From: Patescibacteria group bacterium
GTDB lineage: Bacteria > Patescibacteriota > Microgenomatia > Levybacterales > UBA12049
Assembly (NCBI GenBank): GCA_035946335.1
Contig: DASYZL010000019.1
Coordinates: 12,414-76,413 of the forward strand
DNA length: 64,000 nucleotides
Direction: 5' to 3'
Positions 21,777 to 31,836 of the stretch are shown here, piece after piece (the first letter of the stretch is position 1; the number at the start of each line of letters is the position of its first letter). The notes beneath the pieces are model-generated. The model made no database searches, was not told the DNA's origin, and saw nothing but the letters and a program-made list of their open reading frames with translations. A program made the translations under genes and the position numbers.

Positions 21777-24284
21777 TTACTGTATGACAAAGTTAATAAT
21801 TTTTCCTCGTACGTAAATTTCTTTTTTAATCTGCTTTCCCGTAAAGTACTTTACAACATTTTCGTGCAATTTTGCTTGAGAAATAATTCTTGCTTTGTCA
21901 TCTATTTGGGCCATTGGAACAAGAAGCGTATCCCGAGTTTTTCCATTAATTTGTATAACAATCGTAACTTGTTCTTCTTTTAATGCAGATGCATCATATC
22001 TTGGCCATAAGTATTCATGGATAGAAATAAATCCTTTGTCACTTCCATAATTTAATTGCCAAAGTTCTTCTGTTATGTGTGGAGCAAACGGCGATAAGAT
22101 AAGCAACAAAGTCTTATATTCTTCATTTGATACTCCTTCTTTACTCTCCAAATAATTCACCCATTTCATGATTGTAGAAACAGCAGTATTGAATTTTGTA
22201 CTGATAACGTCATCAGCAACTTTTTTAATTGTTTTATGCATTTCGCGAAGCTCAGTTCTTTTTAAATCATTCTGTGTCTGAGAATGAATTGATGGATTAT
22301 TTTCGTCATCTTTTACCTTTTCTTGCATTTCCCAAACTCGCTTTAATAACCTGAATACTCCCCACATTCCACGAGGATTCCATGGAGCAGTTGCATCATA
22401 AGGCATCATAAAAGCCAAGTACAATCGGACCGAATCAGCGCCAAACTCTCTTACCATATCATCGGGATTCACTACATTTCCTCTTGATTTACTCATCCGA
22501 TTGCCATCCGGTCCTAAAATAACTCCATGTTGGACCCGTCGGAGAGCAAATTCTTTAAAATTCACTAAACCCAGGTCATGGAAGAACATTGTAAAAAATC
22601 TTGCATATAAGGTATGGCCAACAGTATGCTCAGCACCGCCAAAATAAATATCCAATGGCATGAGTTTTGTAACTATCTCTTTGGGAAAAGGTCCATCTGC
22701 AAAGAGTGGGTCGAGATATCGATAGAAATACCAGGACGAGTCAAAGAATGTATCCAAGGTCTCTGGATCACGTTTTGCTTCTCCCTCGCATCTTGGACAA
22801 GTGGTTATCATCCATTCTGTCGCTGTTGCAAGGGGCGCTTTACCTTTCGGAGAAAAGTCCACATCGTACGGAAGCTCTATTGGCAAGTCTTTTTCCGGAA
22901 CCGGAACTATTCCACATTGCTTACAATGAATCATAGGAACAGGCGTTCCCCAATACCTTTGACGTGATATCGACCAGTCACGGATATGATAGGTTGTGAC
23001 TCGTCTCCCCCAACCTTTTTCTACAAAATAATTCATTGTTTTTTCCATTGCCTCAACAAACTCTATGCCATCAAGGAATTCTGAATTTACCATTTTTCCT
23101 CTGCTCTCTCCGACGATAAGCTGCTCTGGATTCACCAACGATCCAGTCTCCCCGTGTGGACCTGTAACTACTCTTTTGATTGATAATCCAAACTTCTTGG
23201 CAAAAGCAAAATCTCGTTCATCATGACCAGGACAACCTTGGACTGCTCCTGTTCCATAATTCATTAATACGTAATCTGTAACCCAGACAGGAATATTTTC
23301 TCCAGTCAAGTGATTCTTGACATAGTAACCGGTAAAAACACCTGTTTTATTTTTTACATTTTCGAGTCGTTCGCGCTGGGTATTTTTTTCTGCCTGATGA
23401 ACGTAGTCTCTGATTGCTTGATAGGTTCCTTTTGGAACTTGTAGTTTTCTGTCTAAAATTTTTTTCACGAATGGATGTTCAGGTGCGACAACGAGAAATG
23501 TCGCGCCAAAATTAATGGGTGTTGTTGTAAAGACGGCAATTCTTTCCTGTGAGTCAACGACATCAAAATATATCTCAATACCTCTCTTTGGTCCAATCCA
23601 CTGATTCTGCGCAATACGCACTGAGTTTGGCCAGTCAACTTCAGGTTTATCCTTCCAGTATAACCTGTCTGCATAAGCTGTAATTTTCAGAAACCATTGC
23701 TCTACTTCTTTTTGTATAACTTCTGTTCCGCACCGCCAACATTTTCCATTTTCAACGTGTTCATTCGCCAAAACCGTCATGTCTTTTGGGCACCAGTTAC
23801 TCAACAATCTACCCCGGTAAGCCAAGCCCTTTTCATACATCTTTAGAAAAATCCATTGATTCCACCGGTAATATTCGGGCAAGCAGGTAACCGTCTCATG
23901 ACTCCAATCTATCATTGATCCCATGGTTGCAAACTGCTTCTTCATGGTTGCGATATTAGACAATGTCCAGTCCCTGGGATGAATCCCACGCTTAATCGCA
24001 GCGTTTTCAGCAGGCAATCCAAATGCATCAAATCCATTCGTGAAGAATACATTTCTTCCTAACATCCTCATGACACGGGCATGTATATCTGCCATTGCAA
24101 AGGTAAACCAATGTCCCAAATGTAAATCTCCTGACGGATACGGAAGTTCTACAAGCGGATAGTATTGTTCTTTTTTCGAATCGAATTCAAATTTGTAGGT
24201 TTGCTCTTTGTCCCACTTTTGCTGCCATTTTTTCTCAATCACTTCAGGCAGATAACGATTGATTTTTTTTGCAGTATTTTTCAT
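21777..24284 (-). CDS. leuS: Leucyl-tRNA synthetase.
   Basis: It has ..YPSGDLHLGHWFTFAMADIHARV.. (HIGH), RMSKSRGNVV (KMSKS) and a CP1 editing domain. The ORF track start at 24350 adds 22 non-conserved residues, so the internal Met at 24284 is preferred. Confidence 0.9.
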   Translation of the reverse strand: MKNTAKKINRYLPEVIEKKWQQKWDKEQTYKFEFDSKKEQYYPLVELPYPSGDLHLGHWFTFAMADIHARVMRMLGRNVFFTNGFDAFGLPAENAAIKRGIHPRDWTLSNIATMKKQFATMGSMIDWSHETVTCLPEYYRWNQWIFLKMYEKGLAYRGRLLSNWCPKDMTVLANEHVENGKCWRCGTEVIQKEVEQWFLKITAYADRLYWKDKPEVDWPNSVRIAQNQWIGPKRGIEIYFDVVDSQERIAVFTTTPINFGATFLVVAPEHPFVKKILDRKLQVPKGTYQAIRDYVHQAEKNTQRERLENVKNKTGVFTGYYVKNHLTGENIPVWVTDYVLMNYGTGAVQGCPGHDERDFAFAKKFGLSIKRVVTGPHGETGSLVNPEQLIVGESRGKMVNSEFLDGIEFVEAMEKTMNYFVEKGWGRRVTTYHIRDWSISRQRYWGTPVPMIHCKQCGIVPVPEKDLPIELPYDVDFSPKGKAPLATATEWMITTCPRCEGEAKRDPETLDTFFDSSWYFYRYLDPLFADGPFPKEIVTKLMPLDIYFGGAEHTVGHTLYARFFTMFFHDLGLVNFKEFALRRVQHGVILGPDGNRMSKSRGNVVNPDDMVREFGADSVRLYLAFMMPYDATAPWNPRGMWGVFRLLKRVWEMQEKVKDDENNPSIHSQTQNDLKRTELREMHKTIKKVADDVISTKFNTAVSTIMKWVNYLESKEGVSNEEYKTLLLILSPFAPHITEELWQLNYGSDKGFISIHEYLWPRYDASALKEEQVTIVIQINGKTRDTLLVPMAQIDDKARIISQAKLHENVVKYFTGKQIKKEIYVRGKIINFVIQ

Positions 24285-24410
24285 GAAATGAGTATACCAT
24301 AGGAAGATCTTGTTGTCATGGAAAAACTGCAGAATAAAGACTATTCCCATAGAAACTTAATGTAAAAATTCTTGCTTTCTTTTGTTCATTTTCATACTAT
24401 ATAAATACCT

Positions 24411-25049
24411 ATGAAGTTTATTCTCCAGTCTCTTGTACTCGTTTCTTCATTTTGTCTTGTTTTCATGTGGGAACGAACCAACCTTTCTAATTACTCTATC
24501 CAAGCTCTATCAATCCTTATTATTGCCTATATTCTTCTTACTGCGATCCGCCATAGAAAAAATCCTCAAGCAAATTTTGGAGGTATGACAGATATTTTTA
24601 TTCTCAATACTGCAATCTTTTTATTGATTTTCTTGACTAATGATATTATTTCTCCGCTTTTCTTTTTACTATACTTTCTTGGTTTTGGTATTACGTTTAT
24701 TTTTGAACCTGTAACTGTTTTTGTTTATACGCTTGGGGCAATTGCAATTTTCCTTCCGGTTGTATTGAAAAACGGAGCGATGGATAGTTACTTAAAACTT
24801 GGATCGCTCCTGCTTATTACACCCCTGGCTTTTTTCTTCGGGCAAACGTACAAAGATAGAGACAAAGAGCTAACCCAGATGGAGGCACTGGAAGAGCGCA
24901 GTAAAAATGCTGCTGATACAATTGCCCAGGAAGTAAAAGAAATCATTGTCACTGAGAAGAAAAACCTACAAGGAAAAAACCTTGAGAAGCTTAATGAGAT
25001 CCTCGAAGAAACAGAAGACTTGCGTGAAGAAACAAAAGAGTCTCTATGA
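24411..25049 (+). CDS. Polytopic membrane protein with a C-terminal cytoplasmic coiled-coil (hypothetical). First gene of the surface-protein cluster.
   Basis: 212 aa with about five hydrophobic helices, then an E/K-rich helix (EALEERSKNAADTIAQEVKEI...). Confidence 0.5.
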   Translation: MKFILQSLVLVSSFCLVFMWERTNLSNYSIQALSILIIAYILLTAIRHRKNPQANFGGMTDIFILNTAIFLLIFLTNDIISPLFFLLYFLGFGITFIFEPVTVFVYTLGAIAIFLPVVLKNGAMDSYLKLGSLLLITPLAFFFGQTYKDRDKELTQMEALEERSKNAADTIAQEVKEIIVTEKKNLQGKNLEKLNEILEETEDLREETKESL

Positions 25050-25798
25050 GAAAAATTCTCCTGCCTTTTGTCAGTATTCTTCTTTTTGGAATGGTTTTTA
25101 CCCAACACGTTAAAGCATTTACCATGAGTAACCTCCTTTACATTCTCAGTTTGGGAAACCTTAACAGCATTGCCGGTGAATCAACCAGCCCCAGTAATAA
25201 ATTGAGACTGACTGTCGGGCAAACAGGGGCTGGTTATTATTCCGGTACAAATTATATCCTATGCGCGGGATTCTATGGGGGTGTTCGCTGCGCTAAACAA
25301 ACGCATGTGTTTTCTTTTACAATTTCCTCAACGTTTATTGACTTCGGCGGCCTAACACCAAATACACCGGTTAGCAGAACAAATACACTAACCGTTAGCG
25401 ATACTGGTGAGGCAGGTGCGAGTTATATTGTAACGGTCAATGAAAATCATCAACTCGCTTTATACAGCAATTCATCATGGATTCCTGATACTACTTGTGA
25501 TGACGGACTTTGCACACCATCGTCACCCAGTCCATGGGTAATCCATTCCGGCACATCTCTTACCTATGGATTTGGCTATCGATGCGATAACCTGTCAGGA
25601 AGCGAATGTCTAAGTGGATTTTCTACTGCAACTTATTTTGCACCGTTCATTGCTTCTCCAAGCGCCCAAACGGTGATGTCCGGCACAACAGGAACAAACC
25701 AGCAGGTACAGATTACCTATCGGGCAAATGCTTCTGCTTCTCAGCCTCCAGGATTGTATAGTAATATCATTACTTATATTGCTGTACCAACGTATTAA
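25046..25798 (+). CDS. Secreted beta-rich protein ending in the PPGLYSNIITYIAVPTY tail (WxL-like candidate).
   Basis: 250 aa with a Sec signal (MRKILLPFVSILLFGMVFTQHVKA). The C-terminus resembles that of the 26798 gene. Confidence 0.5.
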   Translation: MRKILLPFVSILLFGMVFTQHVKAFTMSNLLYILSLGNLNSIAGESTSPSNKLRLTVGQTGAGYYSGTNYILCAGFYGGVRCAKQTHVFSFTISSTFIDFGGLTPNTPVSRTNTLTVSDTGEAGASYIVTVNENHQLALYSNSSWIPDTTCDDGLCTPSSPSPWVIHSGTSLTYGFGYRCDNLSGSECLSGFSTATYFAPFIASPSAQTVMSGTTGTNQQVQITYRANASASQPPGLYSNIITYIAVPTY

Positions 25799-25799
25799 T

Positions 25800-26744
25800 A
25801 TGAGAAAAAGCATATATTTTTTATTTACAGGTGTTTTTTTGTTTTTTCTAGCAAAAAATGCTTTTGCGCAAACAGTTTCCCTTGGTATTACCCCAACGAT
25901 TTTCCAAATTAATGCAAAGGCACCAAGTGACATTAAATCAACCCTGACTATTATCAATCAAACAAACCAATCAGTTTCAGTTAATATCCTCATAAGGCCT
26001 TTCCGTGCTTCTAATAACAATGATGGAACAGTCTCATTTATTGACAAAAATGGAATAACTGGCGCTGATCCATTGCTCCTGAACAAGGTAAGCATTTTTG
26101 ATAGAAATAATCCAGTAAGTTCCATTACTCTATCTCCCGCAGAAAAAAAACAATTGAGACTTCATATTACTATCCCTCTAGATGAACCACCTTCTGACTA
26201 CTATTTTTCTATAATATTTCTATCAAATGGCATAGGAAACGATCAATCCTCTATATCCGCTCTTTCAGGAGGAATAGCGGCAAATGTTTTGCTTTCAATT
26301 GGACCCCAAGATCAAACGAGAGGGACAATTGAAAAATTTTCAACATCGTTTTTTAAGCAAGCAGGACCGGTCTCCTTTAGGATAGAAGTAAACAATCAAA
26401 GCTCCCACTATATTGTTCCACGGGGAGGGATACTCATAAGCAACATGTTTAACCAGACAGTTGGTATAGTGAATCTGTCTCAAGTGAATGTGCTTGAAAA
26501 TAGTAGCCGTTACATACCAGACGATAAAAACGGAAATACTATTGAAGCCATATGGGGTGAGAAGGTATTATTTGGGCTCTATAAAGCAACACTAACGATG
26601 GCGCTTTCATCTGATGGCCCAGTTTTTCAGCGAACCGTTTACTTTCTTGCCGTTCCTGCATACGTCATTTTTGGAGTATTTTTTGCTGTCTTTATAGCCC
26701 TCATTATTGCAGAGCGCGTAAAAAGACGAATGAAGACAGGTTAA
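25800..26744 (+). CDS. DUF916/DUF3324-like cell-surface protein with a C-terminal TM anchor.
   Basis: Start preferred at ATG 25800 (MRKSIYFLFTGVFLFFLAKNAFA signal) rather than 25728. It has the ..QTVSLGITPTIFQINAKAPSDIKSTLTIINQTNQSVSV.. beta-sandwich pattern and a C-terminal TM plus KRRMK tail. Confidence 0.55.
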   Translation: MRKSIYFLFTGVFLFFLAKNAFAQTVSLGITPTIFQINAKAPSDIKSTLTIINQTNQSVSVNILIRPFRASNNNDGTVSFIDKNGITGADPLLLNKVSIFDRNNPVSSITLSPAEKKQLRLHITIPLDEPPSDYYFSIIFLSNGIGNDQSSISALSGGIAANVLLSIGPQDQTRGTIEKFSTSFFKQAGPVSFRIEVNNQSSHYIVPRGGILISNMFNQTVGIVNLSQVNVLENSSRYIPDDKNGNTIEAIWGEKVLFGLYKATLTMALSSDGPVFQRTVYFLAVPAYVIFGVFFAVFIALIIAERVKRRMKTG

Positions 26745-26797
26745 CCATCGTATTGACATTTCATGTGTTTTTCCTGCAGTATAAATAAAGGTATTAT

Positions 26798-28225
26798 ATG
26801 AAATTAAAAGCACTTACTCGTTGTGTTGTTTTTTTATTTGTTTTTATTACACTTCTTGCTTTTGGAGCAAAACAATCTCATGCTGCAACATTAACTTCTG
26901 TCTCTGATACCCTTACTACTTCCCGCCCCTCCCCCTCAACGCCACTTTCTGCTGATGCTCTTGTAGGCTCAGGACAGGTAACTGTTGTTAATAATGGATC
27001 AACATTTTTAGCCTCAGACAGTGCAGAACTCTTTGTTGATAACACCTATGAGACACAGCCAATTGCAACCGTCGCTGCCATTGCATCAACCTATAATGTT
27101 TTCTTCACCGGAACAACTGCTAATTTTCATCACGCAGGCACAGTTTTAGCGGTTCCCATTACCGCGATGCATACAGCGAAGTTTACAACTGTTACATCGA
27201 TTCCTGCAGCCGGTAGTATCCAGATAGCTTTCCCTAAATCTGCTTCTACTGATTCAAATCAGGCTTCTCCTTCTGCATCCACTTTTATGCCGAATGGATT
27301 GGCTAGCGCGAACGTCGTCACCAATCAAGGTGGTATTAGCTCATGCTCATTAGTGGCATATGCAGCAGGTAATGCTCCAACAGTTAATTGTAACCTTTCA
27401 GCAACAATTTCAGGAAACACTACTATTGATATATTAATAGGGTGTAAATCTGGTAGTTCTTCCTGTACACCGAGCAATCAGGTTCCCACCTTGATCAATC
27501 CGACAAAAACTGCAATAAGCGGGCTTGCAGACACATGGAAGGTTAATATAAATACCTATAGCGGTGCGAGTGGAACCGGATCTATTCTTGATTCAGGATC
27601 AACCCTTGCAGGCACAATAGAATCAGTGAATGTCTACGCGCATATTGATCCGACATTTACGTTTCAGATTTTCGGAGTTGCCAATGGCACATCGATGAAT
27701 ACTGTTTGTACATCAAACGGCACAACGACCCAATTCGGAACTGACACAACACCTACAGCAGTCTATTTAGGATCATTACTCTCTACGAATATAAATTATG
27801 AAGCTCAGGAAATGAAAATCACGACAAATTCCGGTACAGGCTATACTGTTACTGCAACTTCATCAGGGCATTTGATTAATCCAGCAAATGGTTACTTCAT
27901 TGCAAATGCACAGGGAGATCCGACCAATAATGATACTCCTGTTCCGGTAACGGTCAGCGCAGGCAGTAACCAGTTTGGTATCAGCCCTTGTTCGAAAAGT
28001 GCAAATACAAATAATTTACCTTCAGCCGGAACCTGGGGACAAGGTGGAACACCAAAATTCGCAAATCCTTCTAATCTTTATTACTATACACTTATCAACG
28101 CAACAAGTGCGCCTTTAAGTACCGGAGACATTTTTTATGTGGAGTATGCAGCTACACCCCAGGGCAATACCCCTCCTGGGGATTATCGTACAATCATGAC
28201 ATATGTTGCCTCGGCAATATTCTAA
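26798..28225 (+). CDS. Secreted Thr/Ser/Gly-rich surface protein ending in PPGDYRTIMTYVASAIF (WxL-like candidate).
   Basis: 475 aa with a signal peptide (..FGAKQSHA). It is low-complexity and beta-rich, and shares its C-terminal motif with the 25046 gene. Confidence 0.5.
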   Translation: MKLKALTRCVVFLFVFITLLAFGAKQSHAATLTSVSDTLTTSRPSPSTPLSADALVGSGQVTVVNNGSTFLASDSAELFVDNTYETQPIATVAAIASTYNVFFTGTTANFHHAGTVLAVPITAMHTAKFTTVTSIPAAGSIQIAFPKSASTDSNQASPSASTFMPNGLASANVVTNQGGISSCSLVAYAAGNAPTVNCNLSATISGNTTIDILIGCKSGSSSCTPSNQVPTLINPTKTAISGLADTWKVNINTYSGASGTGSILDSGSTLAGTIESVNVYAHIDPTFTFQIFGVANGTSMNTVCTSNGTTTQFGTDTTPTAVYLGSLLSTNINYEAQEMKITTNSGTGYTVTATSSGHLINPANGYFIANAQGDPTNNDTPVPVTVSAGSNQFGISPCSKSANTNNLPSAGTWGQGGTPKFANPSNLYYYTLINATSAPLSTGDIFYVEYAATPQGNTPPGDYRTIMTYVASAIF

Positions 28226-28238
28226 GATTTTTATAGAT

Positions 28239-29285
28239 ATGATAATAACGAATCAAAAGAAAGATATTCGTGCAAAGACACTTATTGCTTTAGCTCTATG
28301 TAGCCTTATTTATTTACTGATTCTTCCCTCAGTTAAAGCGCAACTACAGCAGGAATCTATTACTATTTCTCCCCCCTCTCTTTCCCTCACGGTAAATCCA
28401 GGAGACAAAAAAGAAGGAACATTAGGACTCATTAATGATTCAGATGCTACCCTTACCTTTGCAACAAGTTTATTTGATTTTATCGTTCAGGATAAACATG
28501 GGACAGCAGAGATTTTACCGAGAGGAACTATAACAAATAATAAGTACAGTGGCTCAAATTGGCTCGCAGTCTATCCTCAAACACTTACTTTAAAACCTCA
28601 TGAAAGAGGACAACTACAGTATTTTATACAAGTTCCGCCTGATGCAAGACCAGGAGGACATTATGCAGCAATTGTGTATCAGCCCATTGTACCTGGTCAG
28701 AGTGCCGGAAGCGGCGCATCAATAAAAACTCAGCTTGCAACACTTGTTTATATAACTGTTGCAGGGGTTGTAAATGAAAACGCCAAGGTGACAGAATTTA
28801 GCGCACCGAAATTAAGCGAATATGGTCCAGTAGCTCTTACAACCGAAATTCAAAATAACAGTGATGTACATATTCGCCCAATAGGCACTATTATCGTGAA
28901 AGATATGCTTAGAAGAACTATTGATGTAGAAAATCTTGAACAGCAAAACATTTTTCCCGGAAATGTGGCGCTTGATTACACGAACAATGTTGGCAGTAAA
29001 TGGATGATCGGGAGATTTTCTGCCACACTTATGGCAACGTACGGTACAAACAATAATCTCCCCTTATCGGCCGTTGTATATTTTTGGGTTATTCCATGGA
29101 AGGTAATTACCATTAGTATTCTTGTATTGATCGCTATCATTCTCTTTATCCTTATCTTACTAAAGCGAAGAAAAAACAAAGTTCCACCTATAAAACACGT
29201 GCTTAATACAAATCCTGGATTACTAGAAAATCACGAATCTCCTACTAGATCAATCCACTTGGCAAAAAATTCCGAAGGTGTCTAG
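28239..29285 (+). CDS. DUF916/DUF3324-like cell-surface protein with a C-terminal TM anchor. Paralog of the 25800 gene.
   Basis: Start at ATG 28239 (MIITNQKKDIRAKTLIALALCSLIYLLILPSVKA). It has ..SITISPPSLSLTVNPGDKKEGTLGLINDSDATLTFATSLFDF.., a C-terminal TM and a KRRKNK tail. Confidence 0.55.
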   Translation: MIITNQKKDIRAKTLIALALCSLIYLLILPSVKAQLQQESITISPPSLSLTVNPGDKKEGTLGLINDSDATLTFATSLFDFIVQDKHGTAEILPRGTITNNKYSGSNWLAVYPQTLTLKPHERGQLQYFIQVPPDARPGGHYAAIVYQPIVPGQSAGSGASIKTQLATLVYITVAGVVNENAKVTEFSAPKLSEYGPVALTTEIQNNSDVHIRPIGTIIVKDMLRRTIDVENLEQQNIFPGNVALDYTNNVGSKWMIGRFSATLMATYGTNNNLPLSAVVYFWVIPWKVITISILVLIAIILFILILLKRRKNKVPPIKHVLNTNPGLLENHESPTRSIHLAKNSEGV

Positions 29286-30117
29286 GAACAGCACTGGTAA
29301 TTAGTTGACGACGTGAAAAAGTTTCCTCATTGCCGCGAAATGGTATGCCTCCTACGTAATTTCCATTTTGTTGATCAATACACTCGCCTGAGCCAACTAA
29401 AGCCAATGCAACTAAAATACCGTAAGCTTCATTGGTTAACCTGCCTTTCCAGTCACGCCTGCGAAAAGAACTACCACTGAAACCAGGACATGCTTCACCG
29501 CTCACAAATGATAAATTCATCACGCCATGTTCGAGTCCATTGTACTGTAATACAGTGTCTCCTTTTAACGAATCAGAAAGAATAACCTGTTCCCCAACTT
29601 CCAATAAATCAAACGGGAGTACAATGAGAGGAGTAAGTTTATTTTGCGATACTGCTTCGTTTACTAATTCAAGGGTTGTTTCAGGTATCTCAGCGGCGAC
29701 ACATGCATCATGCACAATCCCGCTGGATATAGGATAGGTTGCTTTTGTGCCTTCAATTTCTTTCCAGTCCAAAGCGGGGGTAAAGTTAATTGGAAGATTA
29801 TCATTGACTCCAGGTATTGTTATGTCATTTCTTGTAGTACCATCAATGACATGTTTTGCGGTTATGAAACGCAGTCTAGTTAATGAATTCGTTTTTCTAT
29901 AAATTCCTACACGTGCAGAACCTTTATTCGTTTTAATGAGTACCTCGGAACTTCTCCTTAAAGGATCACTAATACCAGTAATTGCTCTTTCGTATTCCTC
30001 ATAGCTCGGTGTTGATAAACCAGTCCTTTCGTCACCCTGACTGAAAAAGACTCCGGCTATCGCAGCGGTCGTCAATCCGCCAATAAATTCTTTCCTATTC
30101 ATGATGGGACTTTTCAA
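29245..30117 (-). CDS. Secreted trypsin-like (chymotrypsin-fold) serine protease, putative.
   Basis: 290 aa with an N-terminal hydrophobic region (GGLTTAAIAGVFF). Candidate catalytic residues are His in TAKHVIDG and Ser in GEACPGFSGSSF (a GDSGGP-like motif). Confidence 0.45.
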   Translation of the reverse strand: MKSPIMNRKEFIGGLTTAAIAGVFFSQGDERTGLSTPSYEEYERAITGISDPLRRSSEVLIKTNKGSARVGIYRKTNSLTRLRFITAKHVIDGTTRNDITIPGVNDNLPINFTPALDWKEIEGTKATYPISSGIVHDACVAAEIPETTLELVNEAVSQNKLTPLIVLPFDLLEVGEQVILSDSLKGDTVLQYNGLEHGVMNLSFVSGEACPGFSGSSFRRRDWKGRLTNEAYGILVALALVGSGECIDQQNGNYVGGIPFRGNEETFSRRQLITSAVPRHLRNFLPSGLI

Positions 30118-30171
30118 GGCATGTAAGTATATAAATCTTTTTTTACTCTGTCAATGCTACCTTCAATAAAC

Positions 30172-31044
30172 TTAATATCCCACAAACCATGCGTGATGCA
30201 ATTTCTTGTTCCTAAAAAATCTATCGAAAAATTGTTTATCTTCTTTTGCAGGATTTGGGAAACCTGTAGTTTTTTCATTAAACTTTTTCCAAAGTATAAG
30301 AATAAGGATAAAGATTGCAATGATAAGTAAAAGAAAAATAAACCACCAAGTCGTTAAAAGTCCTATAAGTTTCTTCAGGAGATCATTCAAACTATTCCTT
30401 ACCTGTTCTTGAACGCCTAAAACCAAAATGGTTGCTTTATTTAATGGCTCTTGTGATTTTTTGCTTTGATAAACAGCGTCAGCAAAGAACTGGTATATTC
30501 CTGCTTTTGCCAGAAGTACGTGAATTTCATAATACCCGGTATTATCAGCTATTACTGTATAGGTTTTACCGTTATTGATATGTATTGTTACTCTAGCTCC
30601 CGACATGCTATAGCCAAAAATGATTGCATTGCTTCCAGCATTGATTTGCGTTCGATAGACGCCGATTGTGGGAGGAAGATAGAGGTCGCGAATGTCTCTA
30701 CTCACCATTACTGGCTGAATATCAAAACAGCTCTGCGACTCACCTAATCGCTTAACATCAACTGCATCAAAACATAACTTATTAAATCCTTTTCCTACAA
30801 CTAAGTTTAGGAAAGAAAAATAGCCATTGGCATCTGATACTGTTGATGCAAGGACATTATCATTATAGATAAGACTTATCGAAGCAAATCGTGCAATATA
30901 TCCATATATATTGATATAAAATGAGCCGATAATTGCAGAAACTTGTGTCTTGCCTGTCTCTTGGGTTTGATATGCTAAAACGTCCTTACAAAAAAATAAA
31001 GCGAGGCAAGAAATAATAACCAGTAAAGGCAGAATCTTTTTCAT
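30172..31044 (-). CDS. Secreted protein with two carboxypeptidase-regulatory-like (Cna-B-like) beta-sandwich domains and a C-terminal TM anchor.
   Basis: Signal peptide MKKILPLLVIISCLALFFC. Two ..SDANGYFSF.. / ..ADNTGYYEIH.. motifs. TM WWFIFLLLIIAIFILILILW. Confidence 0.5.
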   Translation of the reverse strand: MKKILPLLVIISCLALFFCKDVLAYQTQETGKTQVSAIIGSFYINIYGYIARFASISLIYNDNVLASTVSDANGYFSFLNLVVGKGFNKLCFDAVDVKRLGESQSCFDIQPVMVSRDIRDLYLPPTIGVYRTQINAGSNAIIFGYSMSGARVTIHINNGKTYTVIADNTGYYEIHVLLAKAGIYQFFADAVYQSKKSQEPLNKATILVLGVQEQVRNSLNDLLKKLIGLLTTWWFIFLLLIIAIFILILILWKKFNEKTTGFPNPAKEDKQFFDRFFRNKKLHHAWFVGY

Positions 31045-31770
31045 CGCGATTTCAGATTACTCATAAGGATAGCTATTACGATGCAACGAGAATCTACTCT
31101 TGATTGTATAAAGAGAAAAAGAAATACACAAGTAATAGCTTTGTGTCTATTTCTAGACCGGGAATCTATAGGAAGGAACATCATCGGAAATGCACAGCGA
31201 GAATAATGTCATTTTCATTCATCTTTAATCACAAATCGAGCATCGAGTGAATACCTGAAGCTGCTTTTTTGTTGGATGTCGCACTTAGAAGAAGATTATT
31301 AATCATTTAACAACGCAGTCAATCTAAATTAGGAGTTAATTTACATGACAGACTGATTTGACAGTCTAAAATAAATTAAAAATATGCTAGCACTAAGGTA
31401 TTTCAGTTGCTAATCTCAGTTTTAGGCATTATCTCATGCCTAGATAATTAGAGTATTCGTATTTTATTCATGTCTTTTCTCTGCTTTTGGAAGAAAATTT
31501 TATAGTAAGAGTATACATATATATTTTTCCAAAGATATATATTTATATAAAAAGATATATTATAACTTATTAAATTTTTTCATACTTCCTGAAAAGTTTG
31601 TTTTACTACTCTTTTTAACTACCTTTTTCACATTAATATTTCTCAAGTTTTCCTTATTACTTCCTGTGAAAATTTTCTTTTATTACCGTAAGAAATAAAC
31701 TCTAGGCCATTGACAAGTTATTGTATTATAACTAGTCTAAATATAGTAGTACTTATTTGTTGATAAACCG

Positions 31771-31785
31771 TATAATTTGTATAAT
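31771..31785 (+). promoter_or_regulatory. Tandem -10-like hexamers (TATAATttgTATAAT) upstream of the giant gene.
   Basis: Read from the sequence. They lie in a 700-nt AT-rich leader region and overlap the TTG start (31777) used by the ORF track. Confidence 0.35.
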
Positions 31786-31836
31786 CTCGAGGCTAAAGAA
31801 CAAATTTCACGGATTTCACAACTACTAATCAGACGA

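Noticed and set aside
25728-25799. Upstream extension of the DUF916-like gene (ORF-track start 25728, overlapping the preceding gene).
   Set aside because: The extension, MLLLLSLQDCIVISLLILLYQRIN, precedes a perfect signal peptide starting at the ATG at 25800. The 25728 start would overlap the upstream gene by 70 nt and place the signal peptide internally.
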